Source of the DNA: Ginglymostoma cirratum | Lineage: Eukaryota | DNA length: 64,000 bases | Direction of reading: 5' to 3' | NCBI GenBank assembly: GCA_024137785.1 | Contig: JAHRHZ010000003.1 | Location: 9,760,897 to 9,824,896 of the forward strand | In this document: positions 13,256 to 27,038 of the stretch, piece after piece | Layout: every line of letters begins with the position of its first letter | How positions within the stretch are numbered: position 1 is the stretch's first letter | Program-made: the position numbers and the translations under genes | The notes under the pieces: model-generated | Database searches by the model: none | The model's input: the letters and a program-made list of their open reading frames with translations, nothing else | What the model was told of the DNA's origin: nothing

Positions 13256-13690
13256 AGTGAATGAATGAAGGAATGAATATTTTTTCTTATTGTCATGTGT
13301 ATTTTACAGTGGGAAAAAAAAAGTAAAATACAGTGAAAAGCTTCCACTGTCACCATGACCAGCACCATTTTGAATAGTTTAAGAATAATTAAAGAAGTAA
13401 AAAGATAAAGTTTAAAGAGAGTCCATAACCCTTCCACCAGCGCTGGACCCAAACAGCATGAAATTCTCCGCTGAACCTACCTCAGTGACATAGCTTCTAC
13501 CGATGTAGCAGCCGATGCCAGATTGTGTGCTCCCTACTGCAGCCCCCCCAACCCTCCTCCAGAGTCCCACTCAGGTTCACCAGCCACCATGCTCCAGACC
13601 CTGACAGAGCTGCTTCCCTATGCCTTCTCCCTTCCTCATCCATTGCCAGTGCTGCTGATAGCGCCACAACCGAACCCTCCCCTGAAGGTA
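13256..13690 (-). mobile_element. Truncated copy of the 36.5-37.2 kb retroposon with (ATTC)n tail
   Basis: aaatacagtgaaaagcttcc...ccagcaccattttgaatagtttaagaataa aligns by eye to 36514-36577. Terminal gaatgaatgaaggaatgaat. Confidence 0.7.
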
Positions 13691-15309
13691 AGTAGAAAGT
13701 AAGTTGAGTGTGTGAACGGCAAAAGGAATGATGGTGCAAGACAAAAGGATTGAACAAAGGGGGACAATGACTATATGTTGTCTTAGAATGTTAGACACTG
13801 GGTTGAATTGAATTTTGATTTGTAATGCTATCAAAGTGTTCGGAACCCAGGCAAGTGAATGGTGTTGAAACAAGTCATTGCTATTTATCAGGCCTTGCTG
13901 TGGATGATATGGAGCTTTTGCATTTGCTCCATTACAGCAGTGATGGCACTTTAGAAGTGTTGTTCAGTGCTTTTAGATGAGGAATCTATGTTGTTCGGGG
14001 CACCAGGAATAAATCTCCCTGCCCTTTGAGATAGTGCTATAGGATTTTTACATTTAGATTTCAAACCTCACCCTCAAAAAGACACCTCTGATCAACATCT
14101 GGCTGTTGAGATCTGGAGCATTCTCTGAACCTGGAGCACCAGATGTTCCATGGGACCTGGTGCTCTTCATGGATGTGAATTATGCTGATGGGAAAATGTA
14201 TTCACCAGTAAATTTGCCAAGATTCAGGACAATGGAAAAGCCATCTTGCCTCATGGCCGAATCTGTGTGTATTGCACTAATGAACAGGTAGTCAATGAAC
14301 AGTTATGGAGATGGTTTCAAGATCTTTATCAAACAGCGAAACAGCTGACTTAACAACTGAGCAGTTTGACAGTATCTGTCATTGTAAAATCAGAGTGAAC
14401 AAGTCAGGCCCTGGTCCAGTGTGAAATGTTACTTCGCTGGTAATTCATTCAGTCTTATTTATCACAACTTCAGGATGGCACATATCCCATGAGAAATGAC
14501 GTAGTTTTGATGTAGTTGTAGATGTAGTTTTCCTTTATTATAACATTCATGGATTGTGTTAAGCTTTGAAGTGCGACTTGTGCCGTGCTCCTTGAAGTGC
14601 AAGCCGTGAGGAAATGTGACAACCTGACTGATGATCCATGAAGACTTCCAAGGAGTTTGTGAGCATCCCTGTGCTGTTACAGGGGGCCTTTCTGTTCAGG
14701 ATGATCCATGTTTCTGTGATAGCAGCAGAGTTCCAGAGAGAATTCACAAATTCAGCTTCCTGTTTGCCCATTGCCAGATTCATACTTTTGAAATCCCTGT
14801 TACGTCATTTGAGTCTCATTTCAGATTGTTCGCTTTTACTTAACCATTCTCGTTGTGCTGAAATTCAGTTGATCGTCTTGTTAAAACCAAGTGTGCTAAT
14901 TCACTGGGCCATGAATGAAGCAGTGGCAAATGAGATGTTGGACGTGGCAGGTTTTATCGTGCACAGTAATGGGTTGACAGAAATCAGTTAAGTGCTTGAA
15001 TGAATTATGATTCACTGAACCAAATGATACATGTCAATTCCATGGTAACTGATGGAAAGCTGTTGTGTTTTATGGGTTGAGCTTAACATTTGAGAGGGGC
15101 TAATTCAGGTGTGAGCTGAGGAGAAATTTCCTCACCTGCAGGGTTGTGCATTTTTGGCATTCTCTACCCCAGAGAGGACTGAGGTGTTCATTCACTCAGC
15201 ATATTCAAGACAGAAGTCGATAGATCTGTCAATACCACCATCTAATCAATTCCAAAGAGTGGTCCAGGCAGAATGGGCTGAATGACCATTTTCTGAACTG
15301 TACATTTTA

Positions 15310-16005
15310 AAAGAAACAAAACTCAAGAACTGCGGATGCTGGAAATCGGAAACAAAATCAGAAATTGCTGGGAGAAGTCAGAAGATATGGCAGTATTTGT
15401 AGAGACAAAGCAGAGTTAACGTTTTAGGTCCAATGACCCTTGTTCAGAACTGATTGTCGTGAGGAAAAATTTGGGACATATGCTAGAAAAAGGGTGGGGT
15501 GAGGGGTCAAGAGGAGATGAGAGTTACAGATGGGCTCCGAGAGAAAAACAGTTAGACAAAGGAATGGATAAAGGTCATGCTTGGGAGAATGAATAACTGC
15601 AAATGGGGTTTGTTTGTTGCTGTTAATAGGTAGTTTATGGTAGCAGCCCATGTGATGACAGGACCTGGTGTGTAGGGGATGGGGAAAGGAGATGGTAGAA
15701 GGTTCTCGGGCCTAAAGGTTATTGAACTCAATATTGAGTCCAGAAGGTTGCAAGATTCCATAGCGGAAAATGAGGTGATGTTCTTCCAGTTTGCGTTGAG
15801 CTTTACTGAAGCACTGTCACAAGCGTGCGACAGAGATATTGGCTAGGGAACAGAGCGGTCTGTTGAAGTGACAGGCAACCTGAAGCTCAGGGTCATTTTT
15901 GCAAACAGAATGTAGGTGTTTCTGCAAAGCCCAGTCAGCACTTCGTCCCCCCGATGTAGAGGAGTCCATGTTGTGAGCAGCAAATACATTAGACTAGATG
16001 GTGTG
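15310..16005 (-). mobile_element. Penelope-like retroelement 3' portion (decayed GIY-YIG domain, 3'UTR, degenerate hammerhead)
   Basis: Minus strand gives a frameshifted GIY-YIG-like segment including the YIG codons (tacatcggg) and caacgcaaactggaagaacatcacctcattttccgc (QRKLEEHHLIFR). Degenerate core ctgaacaagggtcattggacctaaaacgtta at about 15417-15447. Confidence 0.8.
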
Positions 16006-17237
16006 TGTGTGCATGGTTCAAAGGGACTGGTTGACATCTTCAAAAAGGAACAGAGCAAACAATGTTCATTGCAAAGCCATTTGGCTGCTAATTGACTAAG
16101 CTCATTGAGCAAGTTATTGATTGTCATTTTGTCCAACTCTTCTTTTAGTGTGATTGTGGTTTGCATTTTTGAAAACCAATTATTTTTAGGTTTTTTGTGA
16201 ACAGGAATATTTTTCGTTGTTGTAATATTGCCATATTTTGAAGCATCCCTCTTGCATCATCCAGTAGAACCTCTGCAACAAGCACCTTTCCTGTTGACCT
16301 ACTGTGAGGATCGAACACTGGCCAAAGACAGCCTCCTAATTTTCCTTGATTAGTGCCAAGTGCATTACATTTGTTCAAAGACCCTCTGTGTTACAGTGAA
16401 TTAGGAGCCTCCATTAGGAGTTCTGTTAAGACTTGGAGTGGAGTTGGAACCCAGAACATCCTGAGAATTGTGGTAAACAATACTCAGCTGAAACCTGATG
16501 TCACTCTGTCCGTTGTCCAACAGCACTATCTTATCTGGCTTCTATTTCTAAAAAAAAAGAGTTCCCAATCGCCAACTGACCACGCTGAAAGGTTTTGAAT
16601 CATTGATACATTTTCAAGTTTATTTTCCTCCCTGCGTTGTCACTGACAGACAAATCATTTTAGCAAACAATGGCTGCCTTCTGAGCTATTGACATGAATA
16701 GTTCACCTTGCTTTTGAAAGCTTTAGCTGGCAGATGCAGATAACTGGGGTGTCCTGCTAACTATCTTGTTTCTTGTGACAGAACAGATAAACCCGAAAAC
16801 ATTTCCTCTGTGTGCTGTGAAAGTGTTAACTTTGTGAATGCCTGTGGGCTGAATGTCGAGCTGTTTGTGCAGATGGTAGATCAGGGAGACATATTTTTGA
16901 CTGAACATGGCGGACTTCCTCTTATGCATTCTGTGCAGTGCCTGTTTGAACTTTTCACTGGAGCCACAGAGCTGTTTTGCGAGACAAAATCAAATCAATT
17001 AAACGTAATTGTTCCAATGGAAGAGATGTGACATTTCCTTGTGACAGCGCACTGCCTAGGGTTGCTTGAGCTGAATGTATCTTTTGGTTCAGGGAGCTAG
17101 ATTGTAGATTTAAACTTGTTGGCAGAAAGTCAGTCTCAAACGGGGTTAAGAAAAGTTGATTTTAACTTTTTTTCTCTCTGTATCACACATATTAATTTTT
17201 GTTTTCTTCTTGTCTCCTCCTCGTACATATTATACTG

Positions 17238-17520
17238 CGAACATACGAACAAGGGACAAGAGTAGGCCACTCAGCCCTTCAAACCTGCCCCACCATTGAA
17301 TAAAACCATGGCTGATCAGATTTTAACTTCACCTTTATGTTTCCGTATATCTGCGATAGTCTTTCATCCCCTTGGTAATCAAGAATTTATCTATGCCCGC
17401 CTTAAACGTATTTAAAGATTCTGCGTCCACTGCCTTTTGAGGGAGGGAATTCCACAGAACTACTCTTAGACCCCTGAGAGAAAAATATATTTACTCGTCT
17501 CAGGATTAAATGGGAGCAGC
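17238..17520 (-). mobile_element. CR1-type LINE 3' end
   Basis: gagtaggccactcagcccttcaaacctgcccc...catggctgatc is the reverse complement of the CR1 3' stem-loop region. Confidence 0.7.
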
Positions 17521-17579
17521 CATTTTTCACAAATTTCTCAGGTAAATGAAAGCACAGGTGAAGATATCCGAGACTCCCT

Positions 17580-17900
17580 CCACATGTAGTGCTAAAGTCA
17601 CTAGATTAATAATCCAGAGTCGATAATATTCGGGGGACGTGGGTTCAGATCCCAGTGGAGCAGATAATGAAATTTGAATTTGAAAACTCTGGAATAAAAA
17701 GCTTGTGTGATGGCAATCAAATAATCATTGTCTGTTGTTGTAAAAATCCACCTGCTTCACTAATGTCTTTCAGGGAAGGATATCTGCTGTCCTTACCTGG
17801 CCTGACCAAATTGTCACTCCAACCCCACAGCAGTTAACTGCTTTCTGAAGTGGTTGAGTGAGCCACTTAGATCAAGGGCAGTGATGGAGGCCACCATCCT
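17580..17900 (+). mobile_element. tRNA-derived SINE, second family
   Basis: gtcactagattaataatccagag...gggttcagatccc...cactaatgtctttcagggaaggatatctgctgtccttacctgg. Confidence 0.65.
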
Positions 17901-18889
17901 CTGGCGCTCGCTTCTTCAACGTGCTGACAGTTTGCATTCATGAACTTCAGACGTCAGAGAGTTGCAGTGTTTGAGTCATTGGTGTTTAAGAGCCATATAC
18001 CTGCATGGTAGCCCATTTGTTCCGACAGCAATAACCTTGCTGTTGTGTGCCATCAGGCCCTTGGTGCTGTGTGGAATGTTCATGAAGATGGACTTTGTTT
18101 CAATGTTGCAATAAAATTCTCAGCCTGCCAGCAAGAATTCAGAGGTGTGAGGACACATTGTCCCATGCGCAGCTCCTCCATTTGATTGCAGCTGATGTTA
18201 GCAAGCGTGTAAAGCTGAGTTACTCCCTGTGGAGAACCAGCTGAGCTGCCAGCATGCCCGTACATTTGCTGCCTGCAGTCTACCCGATACGAGCTCACTT
18301 CATCTGTCACCCCTATCCAAACTGTGGGTCTGACTCCAGATTTCAGTTCAGATTCAGCCAACTGTACTCTGTGATGCCTTGCTCTCCTGCATTCCCTGGA
18401 CTGGATTCAGGGCAGAGGTTTCTGTTGTCACAGCTTCTGTGTGCCATCAAGGCTTTTGTTCATGCTTAGTAATGTAATTTATTCCTAACAACCAAACTAA
18501 TTTCTTGAAGTGTTGATGTGTTAGTCAGATAATCTTTTTGAGCCACTTTGAGATATTTCCTTTCAATCAGTTATGTGACAAATAACATGCTATCTACTTG
18601 GTTATACCAAATGTTGTCTTCCTAAATTTATCTAGACCAAAGAAGATCTTTTCAATGGCTATTTGTCCATGACCTTTTTTTTTTAACCAACAAGTTGTTT
18701 TCTCATTCCTGGAATAAATCATCAGTAACTTGTTTTTTGAAGTGGGACAATGTGAAGGTAACTTGTTTTGGAGTTTCTGGGGATGCATATTTCCTTTGTA
18801 GATGTGTCAGATGTTTCCAATTTGGACATCATTTAAGAACTCCAGTACAGACTCTGGAGATTCGGACATTTTCTCCTGTCTGTTACATT

Positions 18890-19190
18890 AAGGGGAGATG
18901 GTTAAGTTGCAGTGATGTCACTCATAATCTCGAGGCTCAGGCTAATGCTTTGGACAATGGGTTCAGAGCCCGCTATGGGAAATGGTGGAATTTGATTTCA
19001 GAAAAAAAAAATCCAGAATAAAAACTAACCTCTGTAACACTTACGATGAAATGATGTCATAAAAACCCATCTGGTTCCCTCGTGTTCTTGGGAGAAGGAA
19101 ATCAGTTGTCATGAGTGAGTCTGGCTGACATATGACTCCAGACCCACATCAATGTTGTTGTCTCTTAACCAATGACCACTCCACAATGGG
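18890..19190 (+). mobile_element. tRNA-derived SINE, second family
   Basis: aaaaacccatctggttc...gaaggaaatc...tgactccagacccaca is shared with the 17.6 and 47.1 kb copies. Confidence 0.6.
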
Positions 19191-19254
19191 TTGCCAATGC
19201 GGGATGACAGCCACATCCCTTGGAAGAATTGTGGACACTCACTGTCTGATTTAC

Positions 19255-19400
19255 TCTGTCTCTCGCTCTCTCCACCTCCATCTCATTTCTCGTCAACTTG
19301 CTCCTCTATCATCTCAAAGCTTGCTTCTCTTTCTCTCTCCCTCTTGCTTTCCTCTGTTCTCTCTCACACCCTGTCTCCTGCTCTTTCTCACTTGCTTCCT
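19255..19400. repeat. CT-rich low-complexity tract
   Basis: About 145 nt of predominantly C/T sequence. Confidence 0.7.
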
Positions 19401-22400
19401 AAGTTTTGACAGCTCAAAATTTTTAGCCTGATGTTTAGTTGTTGTTGAAGTTTGAAATGCAGATTTTATGCACCTTTTGCAAATTCTCCTTGATAGTTCA
19501 TTTTTAGAAATTTCTTAATGCTCTCTTCCTCCCTTCAAAAGCTCCCTTAAAGTCTTGCTGTAGTGCCAGTCATCTCTCTTAATCCTGACCTCATTGGTTT
19601 TGGATCCATTCTCCTGTTCAGTGCCTTGAGTTGTTTCACGACTTCCTGCATAAGTGGACATGTTCATTGACGTCAAGCCATTACAACAGAAACATGTTGC
19701 CTTGTGTTCTGGTATTGGAAGATAACCATTTTCAATTAATTTGTGCCTAAAAGCGTCAGTTGTCATCATTGCTATTCCAGTCTTGTTTGAGATTTTTTTT
19801 GTGTGAGTTCCAGAAAGCTGAGAGAAATCTCTCAGATTCCCCATGCAATATGTTAAAATTTTGTATTTTTAGAAAATATTTCAGTTTGCATCCCAGCACT
19901 TGATTCAGTTGCAAATAGTCACTAACTTCAGCTTTTCCATGCTGTTGTGTCTCTCACTTTGTGAAGCTGAGCACTGCCAGGTGTTGCCTTAATGGATAAC
20001 TTGTGGGAGGTTATTGGGTGGAGTTGTTCCCAGTGGGTGCCTTGGAGGATGGTATGCTTGGGTTTCAGATCTCAGTGTGACTGAGCAATGCAACACGCCT
20101 TAGCTCTAAGTGTTTACTCTCTCGTCACGACATCCTGAAGTGTGAAGCTCCGTCTCTACATGATAATTAATACCTTTGCTGAAACAAAGTGCATATGGTT
20201 TAAGCTTTAAATGATGCTCATTGGGGTTATATTTTAATTGAAGATGGTGTCTCATCATCTGTACTCACCCAGACTAGCCCCAGCAAATGAGAATTCTCAG
20301 TATTGTTTTCAAATCCCAGCTTGGCTCTGCAGTTTTCCATTGAACTGCCTCTAAGCCCACAACTCTAAGATCTGCTTTATTCCATTTCTGGTCTCCTGTG
20401 CAAAAGAAATTTTCATCATTCCCCCAAGGGTGACTGTGCCTTAAGCTTTGTAGGTGCAAAGATTAAATTTCCTTTGTAAATCTGTGTGCCTTGATATCTT
20501 TCCTCCTTTAAGTCGCCACTTCACATGAACATAGAAATTTAAAAAGCTGGAGTAGGTCACTTGAATCAAATTGATTCAAATCTACCTCTTTGCACAGACT
20601 TTTGGTTATCTGTTCTCATTGCTCCGCAGAAAGCTTGATGTTTCATAATGCTTCTGTCAAACATCTAAGCACTTGTCACTACATTGAAGATGTTCTGTAA
20701 TCGGAAGGTGATCCATCAGTCAGATGAACAGACAAATGTTGCTGTGGCCACAGATGTGACTCCAGGGTGGTAATGTCTCAGATGTAATTTCACAAAATTC
20801 CAGTGTGCTAACTCAATGCAGAAGCCTTCTCATGGGGCAACAAATAGATTGTTACAGTGCCGAAATTTCAGCGGTTACTAGAACTTGGCTGACTCTCGTG
20901 TATTGAAACGTTGAAGTACTTCTTGATAGTTCCATCTTGCACAGACAAATAACCGGAGCCTGTTGCGGTTTGTGGTCATTTCCTTGCACAGTGCAGGGCT
21001 GACGGTGATCAGGTTTATTCACAAACAATTCAGAGAATTTTGTTTGTTGGCTCCTTATTACCCTGGAGTTACATCTAACGTGTAGATTCTTGGATTGAAA
21101 TAAGGGACGAGGTGTGGCAGACATGGGCTTGCTGTTCTTTGCCATGGTTTGTCCATGGAGCAGTACTTCTCTCTGCCACTGGCCACAATCACGAGGACTT
21201 GCACTTTCCAAGGAGATGACCACAAACCCAGTAACCTGGACTGCACTCAGATTTTGCTTCTCATTCCTGAATAGAGCTTTCTGTCCTCTCTCTGCCATGC
21301 TGATTATATAAATGGACAAAGCTAGTGTCTTGGGTTCAATGTGATTAGTCTGTTCATTCCCAGGGCAAGATGTCTTATTGGCCTGATCTGTTGTGAGCAT
21401 AGAACCATCTGCTTTCTGCCAAAAATCAGTAGTTATCATTTGTTTTTGTCATTTCCAAGGCATTTACCAAGCTAGGATGTGGATTCACAGATGGTGCAGA
21501 CGTGTTTCGAAGGACCTCAAAATAGTACCATGTTCTGTGCCTGAAATAAACATGCTATGCAATTTAGATTCTCTCGGATATATTTGTTCCAACAAAAAAA
21601 AGTCTGTTATTGAGTAATCAAGCGACTAGTTCTGACCTGATGTGTACTGTATTTGATGTGTCTGTCAGTGTGGTTAAAAGCTGAAGTTGAAGGCAAGTGT
21701 TTTTGATAGAGCAGCATTGAGAAATAGTGAGAGTACTTCAGTAGCCAAGTTTCTGCACTTTGAAAAAGATATTCAGTAAATAACACACAGATGACTTATT
21801 TCCAAATTGTATCACATGCAGTGAATGGGACACCAGAAATTTGAAAACACAATTGGCTCAGGGATGGAAAGCCAAAAGAACAAGCGTATCCCAGGTGCAG
21901 GCTTTGTTATGGCCAGGTAAGGAGGGCAGTTGTCTCTCCTCTTTTCAACCCCCTTGTGGCCAGCGAGAACAAATATTTTTATTTTCCTTTCAACATTTAA
22001 CAAGTAACTATCACATTTGAATTAAAGCTTAATCTAGTAAACTGGATTAAAATGAAGAAGCCAATTCTAAGGTTTTCTTGGGTGCCTATTTTATTTCCTA
22101 CTAACCCTGAGCAAAACAAAAATAAAATGTGACATCAAGCACACACACCGACTCTGAGAGTAACTTTAAAAGAGGATTGGCAGAAACTGGGAGATCTTAG
22201 CAAATGTAGTTTAAAGTTCTTTGAGTCCTGGAGTTGCAGGAGTTCGAATGAAGTCCAAGCCTGTTTAGCTTTTGTCTTGTTTCCCGAATGGCTATGGAAT
22301 TTGCAAAATCCTAGTATTCTCAGTGAATGCTCGTTTTCCCAAGTTGTCTTGCCACTGGGATCTTCTTTCAAGAGATGAGAAGACACAAGGAGAGGGAATG

Positions 22401-22835
22401 AGAACAGTTTTTCCAGGTACTGTTGTATGAACCCTTTTCTTCCCATCTCCTTGCTGTTCAGGTGCTCAGAAACAACCTTTGAAATATATTTCATTCCAGG
22501 GACTTGCCTGATGGATTTTCCAAGCTGGCTCACCAGGAGGTGAGTCTTTCACCTTTGAACCGGTGAAATGATCGTATATGTGTAAATCAAACAGGAAATG
22601 CAAATTTCTTGACGCTGACTTAGTTGCCTGGTTCGCTGTCTTTTGAGAAAACTGGTAATTTTGGTGCAGAAGGCATTGTTTATTTCATATGCTGAATGCC
22701 ATTTGGAGAAAACACTGGAAGCGACAAAAATATAATGCACTCTGGGTTTGGAATTGCATTCTCCGTCACTGACTGTCTTTGCAGTGCGTCTACTGGCTGA
22801 GCTGGTCAGTCTGAAAGAAGACCGAGATTGTTCTC

Positions 22836-23161
22836 GAGGTTGAAGGGATCAAGGGATATTGGGGGAGGGTGGGATTAAAAACAGGAGGCCATTCGGCCCT
22901 TTGAGCCTGCACTGCTGTTGTTCACGATCATGGCTGATTGTCTAACTCAATAGCCTAATCCTGCTTTTCTCCCCATAACCTTTGATCCCGTTTGCCCCAT
23001 ATGCTATATTTAGTCGCCTCTTGAATACATTGTGTTTTGGCATCAACTACTTCCTGTGCAATTAGGGTATTGAACTCAATGATCAACCATGATCATAATG
23101 AATGGCAGACTAGGCTAGAGGGGTTGAATGGCCATCTCCTGCTCCTATCTTCCATGTTTCT
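22836..23161. mobile_element. Nested, oppositely oriented CR1 3' ends
   Basis: A plus-strand CR1 tail (gggatcaagggatattggg ... gatcaaccatgatcataatgaatggcag...ctcctgctcctat) is interrupted by a minus-strand CR1 tail at about 22877-23062. Confidence 0.65.
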
Positions 23162-23389
23162 GTAGCTGTTAGAATGGCTCTGTGCCATGTGGTGAGGCAA
23201 TCAACAAGACGGAAAAACATACTTGACCCCATCTACACCAATCTGCCTGCCACAGATGCATATATCCTGTGACACTATGAGAAGCAGGGACCACTGCACA
23301 GTCCTTCTGGAGATGAATTTCCTGTTTTGAGAGGATACTGTCCATGGAACTGTGATACTGCAACCTCATAGCACAGCATATGCCTGACT

Positions 23390-25055
23390 CTACCATTGCC
23401 ATCAGGCCAAGAGATCAAACCTGTTTCAATACAGGGTGTATGAGGACATGCTAGGAGCAGGACCAGGCATACTTAACAAGTATGGTGTGTCAACCCATTA
23501 AAGCGGCAAATCAGGACTGTTTGTGTGTGAAATAGCACAGTCAGTGATATACAGAGCTAAGCAATCTCACACTGGGTCCAATCTCAGCCCTGCAATCCTG
23601 CCACATATAGTCATGAATGGTATTGGACAATTGAAGAACTCAGTCGAGGAGAGGTCCCTTAAACATCCAGCATATTACTGTGAAAGATCAGACTGAACTT
23701 TTGGGACCGTTTTCACTGAGAAGTGCTGAAAGGATAATTTATTTGTCTCCAGTGGTCCCCAGCATCACAACTGCCAGTCTTCAGCCAATTCTATTCCGTC
23801 CACCTGATAGCAAGAAACAACTGCAGGCACTGGATACTGCAAAAGCTGTGGGTCAAGACAACATTTGAGTAATAGTACTGAAAACTTGTACTCCAGCACT
23901 TCCCATGCCCCTGGCTTAGCTGTGCAACACAACTACAACCTGGGCATCTTCTAAAGCATGTGAAAACTTGCTCACGTATGTCCTTTACATAACTCAGCCA
24001 AGTACCACCCCATAATTCTACTCTCAAATATCAGTAATAAAATGGAAGGTGTCACCGACCGTGTTATCAAGCAGCATTTGTTTTGCAATAACCTGCTTAT
24101 TGATGCCCAATTTGGGTTCTGCCAGGGCCACTCAGCTCATAACCTCATTACAGCTTTAATTCAAAGGTGGGCAAGAGAACTGAATTTCAGAGGTGAGGTG
24201 CCAGTGACAGCACTTGACATCAAGGCAGCGGTCAACTGAGTGTGGTATCAAAGAACCCTAGCAAACTTAGAAGCAGTGAAAACCATGGAGAGTGAAATGT
24301 CTGTTTGTTGAAGTCAAAGGAGGATGACTTAGTCATTGGAAGTCAGTCATCTCAGCTCCAGGACATCTCTTCAAGCATTCCTCAGGGTATTGTTTGCAGC
24401 CCAACCAGCTTCAGCTGCTCCACCATTAACCTTTCCTCCATCGTCAAGTCGGAGGTGGGGTACGATTACACAGTATTCAGCACGATTTGCAACTCCACAG
24501 TTACTGAAACAGTCATGTTCAAATGCAACAACAAATGGGCAATATCCAGGTTTGGGTTGAAAACTGTCACGTAACATGCACCCCACACAAATGCCAGGCA
24601 ATGATGGACTCCAGCAAGAGAGAATCATTGACATTCAGTGGCATTATTGTTATTGACTCCTCCACTGTCAATGTCCAATGGGTCACCATTGACCAGAAAT
24701 GGAACTGTACTGACCACTAATACAGTGGCTACAAAAGCAGGTCATAAACTAGGAATCCTGTAGTAAGTAACTTGCCTACTGACTCCCTGATGCCTGATGA
24801 CCAGCAAGACACAAGGCAGGAGTGTGATGGAATACTCTTGCCTTGGCTGGATGGGTGCAGTCCCGACAACACTCAAGAATCTTGACACATCCAGAACGAA
24901 GCAGCCTACTTGACTGGCACCACATGTACAAGCATTCACTCCCTCAACCAATGATTCAGCCTAACAGTAGTATGTATCATCTTGAAGGTGCACTGCAGAA
25001 ATTCATTGAGGATCCTTCGAAATCCACGACCATTACCACCTTGAAGAACAGCATG
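23390..25055 (+). mobile_element. Decayed CR1/L2-clade LINE ORF2 (reverse transcriptase) fragment
   Basis: ORF remnants QFGFCQGHS...TALDIKAA (24042..24239) and SSIPQGIVCSPTSF (24305..24574) match non-LTR RT motifs. Several stops and frameshifts. Confidence 0.85.
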
Positions 25056-25169
25056 TACTTCAGAATTTAGAATTAGGTTTTATTGTCATGCGTACTCGAG
25101 TACAGGAGTACGGTGTGACTTCTGACTGTGCACAGACGATGGTAGGGATGAAGTGTGACAAGAAAAGCT

Positions 25170-25535
25170 GGAGCCCTTCTTAGAGCAATGAAGGTTAAAG
25201 TGAGATTCATCAAAAGAATAACACAAAAATTTCATGGACTAATTTAGGAGAGAAGTACTTCTAGTGGTAGGAGGACCTTAAACTGGATGATAGAGTTTGA
25301 AGGTAATTGGCAAAAGAACCAGAGGTGCAATGCACTCTGAGTAGTTAGTTTTTGCCTGAATGCACTGGAAACTGGAAAGCATTGCCTGAAATGGCAGTAT
25401 CAGCAATAACTTGGGAAAAGGAACAGGGTGCTTTCTTGACATGGGAAGATGACAGTGCAGTGTGACTAATTGGCTAGCTTCTTGAGGGATCCATCAGAAG
25501 CATGAAGGGCCAGATGGTCTCCTTGGTGCTTTAAT
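25170..25535 (+). mobile_element. Decayed CR1-type LINE 3' fragment
   Basis: aagctggagcccttcttagagcaatgaaggttaaagtgagatt...gcattgcctgaaatggcagt...gaagggccagatggtctcct. Confidence 0.5.
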
Positions 25536-27038
25536 TGTTTTGACTCGCGATGGCTGAGACCTTGGCAACGTTATTTTACAACCATCTAATTGTCGATCTT
25601 GTTTAGCCCTAGTGCTGCAGTTGAGACCCTCCTGGACTAACACCAACGTCGAACAGAGTAAAAGATTGTTCCACCTTGTGTTCCTGGGGATTTTGCTCCC
25701 CTGTTGATGATTAAGTGGAGAGGAAAGAAATGAGTTTAATGTTCTCCAACTTCCGCCTTGGCACTGTGCTGGAAAGTCTGTGGCCTAAGTGTAGGCTCAA
25801 AAGCCTTGGATAGTTACAGCTTTTAATTTGGTCAGTCTTTTTAAAGATTATGAGGTGTTTCATATTTCCCACTTGTGTAGTGAATCCTTTCTGAGTCTGT
25901 TTCTTGGTAAAAGCCAGTGACTTCACTCTGCATCTCATGTTCACCCCTCTCTGATGATGACTGATGGCTCGAGACACCTTTGGTAATCTGTCACGAAGTA
26001 TTATGTAAAATGTTCTTGTTTGCCAACAAAATAAAAAGCCTGTCTCATGTGCACAGCCAGGAATGATAATTTGGTGCTCCATCAGGAATGAGATTGTGGA
26101 AGTTAACACCCTGAGGAGAACTGCCGGTGCAGTTGTTTATAAATGGTCATGGTCACACTTTGCTGTAGTGATATGAAATCAGTATTTACATCAGTGTGTG
26201 AAACCTGTGTTCCTTTTGCATTGTCCCATCTGTTTACATGGAGTAGGATGCTATGTTGTTCCTCTCTCATTTGAGATCACGAAGGTCTGACTGTGGAATA
26301 CTGATTCCCTTCCTCCTCCCTTCAGCGCAGTCAAGCTGTGCTGTTAAATAATTTAAAAGCAGATTGCCAGCAGACCTGCGTAAACTCCAGTAATCTTTCT
26401 GAACCCAATGCATGAAAATTCTGTGCTTTTGCCGAGCTGGTTGGACCAAATATTCCGTAGGACGTGAATGGGTCATTCAGAGGTTGGTCAATGCTTCACA
26501 GTCTGATCTCGTCCCATCTGAAAGGCATTTTGGTGGTAACATGTGCGCTATCCATTAGAATTGCAGCAATGAGACGGTGTCCATGGAAACAAGAAGGAAA
26601 TAGAGAATCTTAGCAGGATTTTTATTGCTCACTTGGAGGTTGACGTGCACATACTGGAGCAGAAACAGGAGCTTGACTATAGCTCTGTGGGGAGCAGTCC
26701 TGCCTCTGAATTAGGCGGTTATGACTTCAGATCCCACTCCAGAGTCTTCAGCATAAAATCTACAAGGAAATCCGTTTTTGCAGGACTGAGTTTGTGCTGC
26801 ACTCATTGGGGAGCTGTTTTATATTTGAGATGTGGAATTTGGGCTCCACTTAACCCCTAATGTAGGCAAATAGGTTCAGACGAATTTGCTCAGTGATGAA
26901 CTGGAGAGTTTCCCTGTGTCCAAGCCAATGCTGACCCTTAAGCAGTGTCACAAAAATGGCACATTATCTATTACTGCTGTTTTTGAGATGTGGCTGCTCC
27001 GCATCCTGTATTACTTGCTGTAAAAAGGAGTGCAATGC

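Noticed and set aside
20852-21439. Longest ORF (195 aa, minus strand)
   Set aside because: No recognisable motif or supporting gene structure. Antisense intronic and probably a chance ORF.
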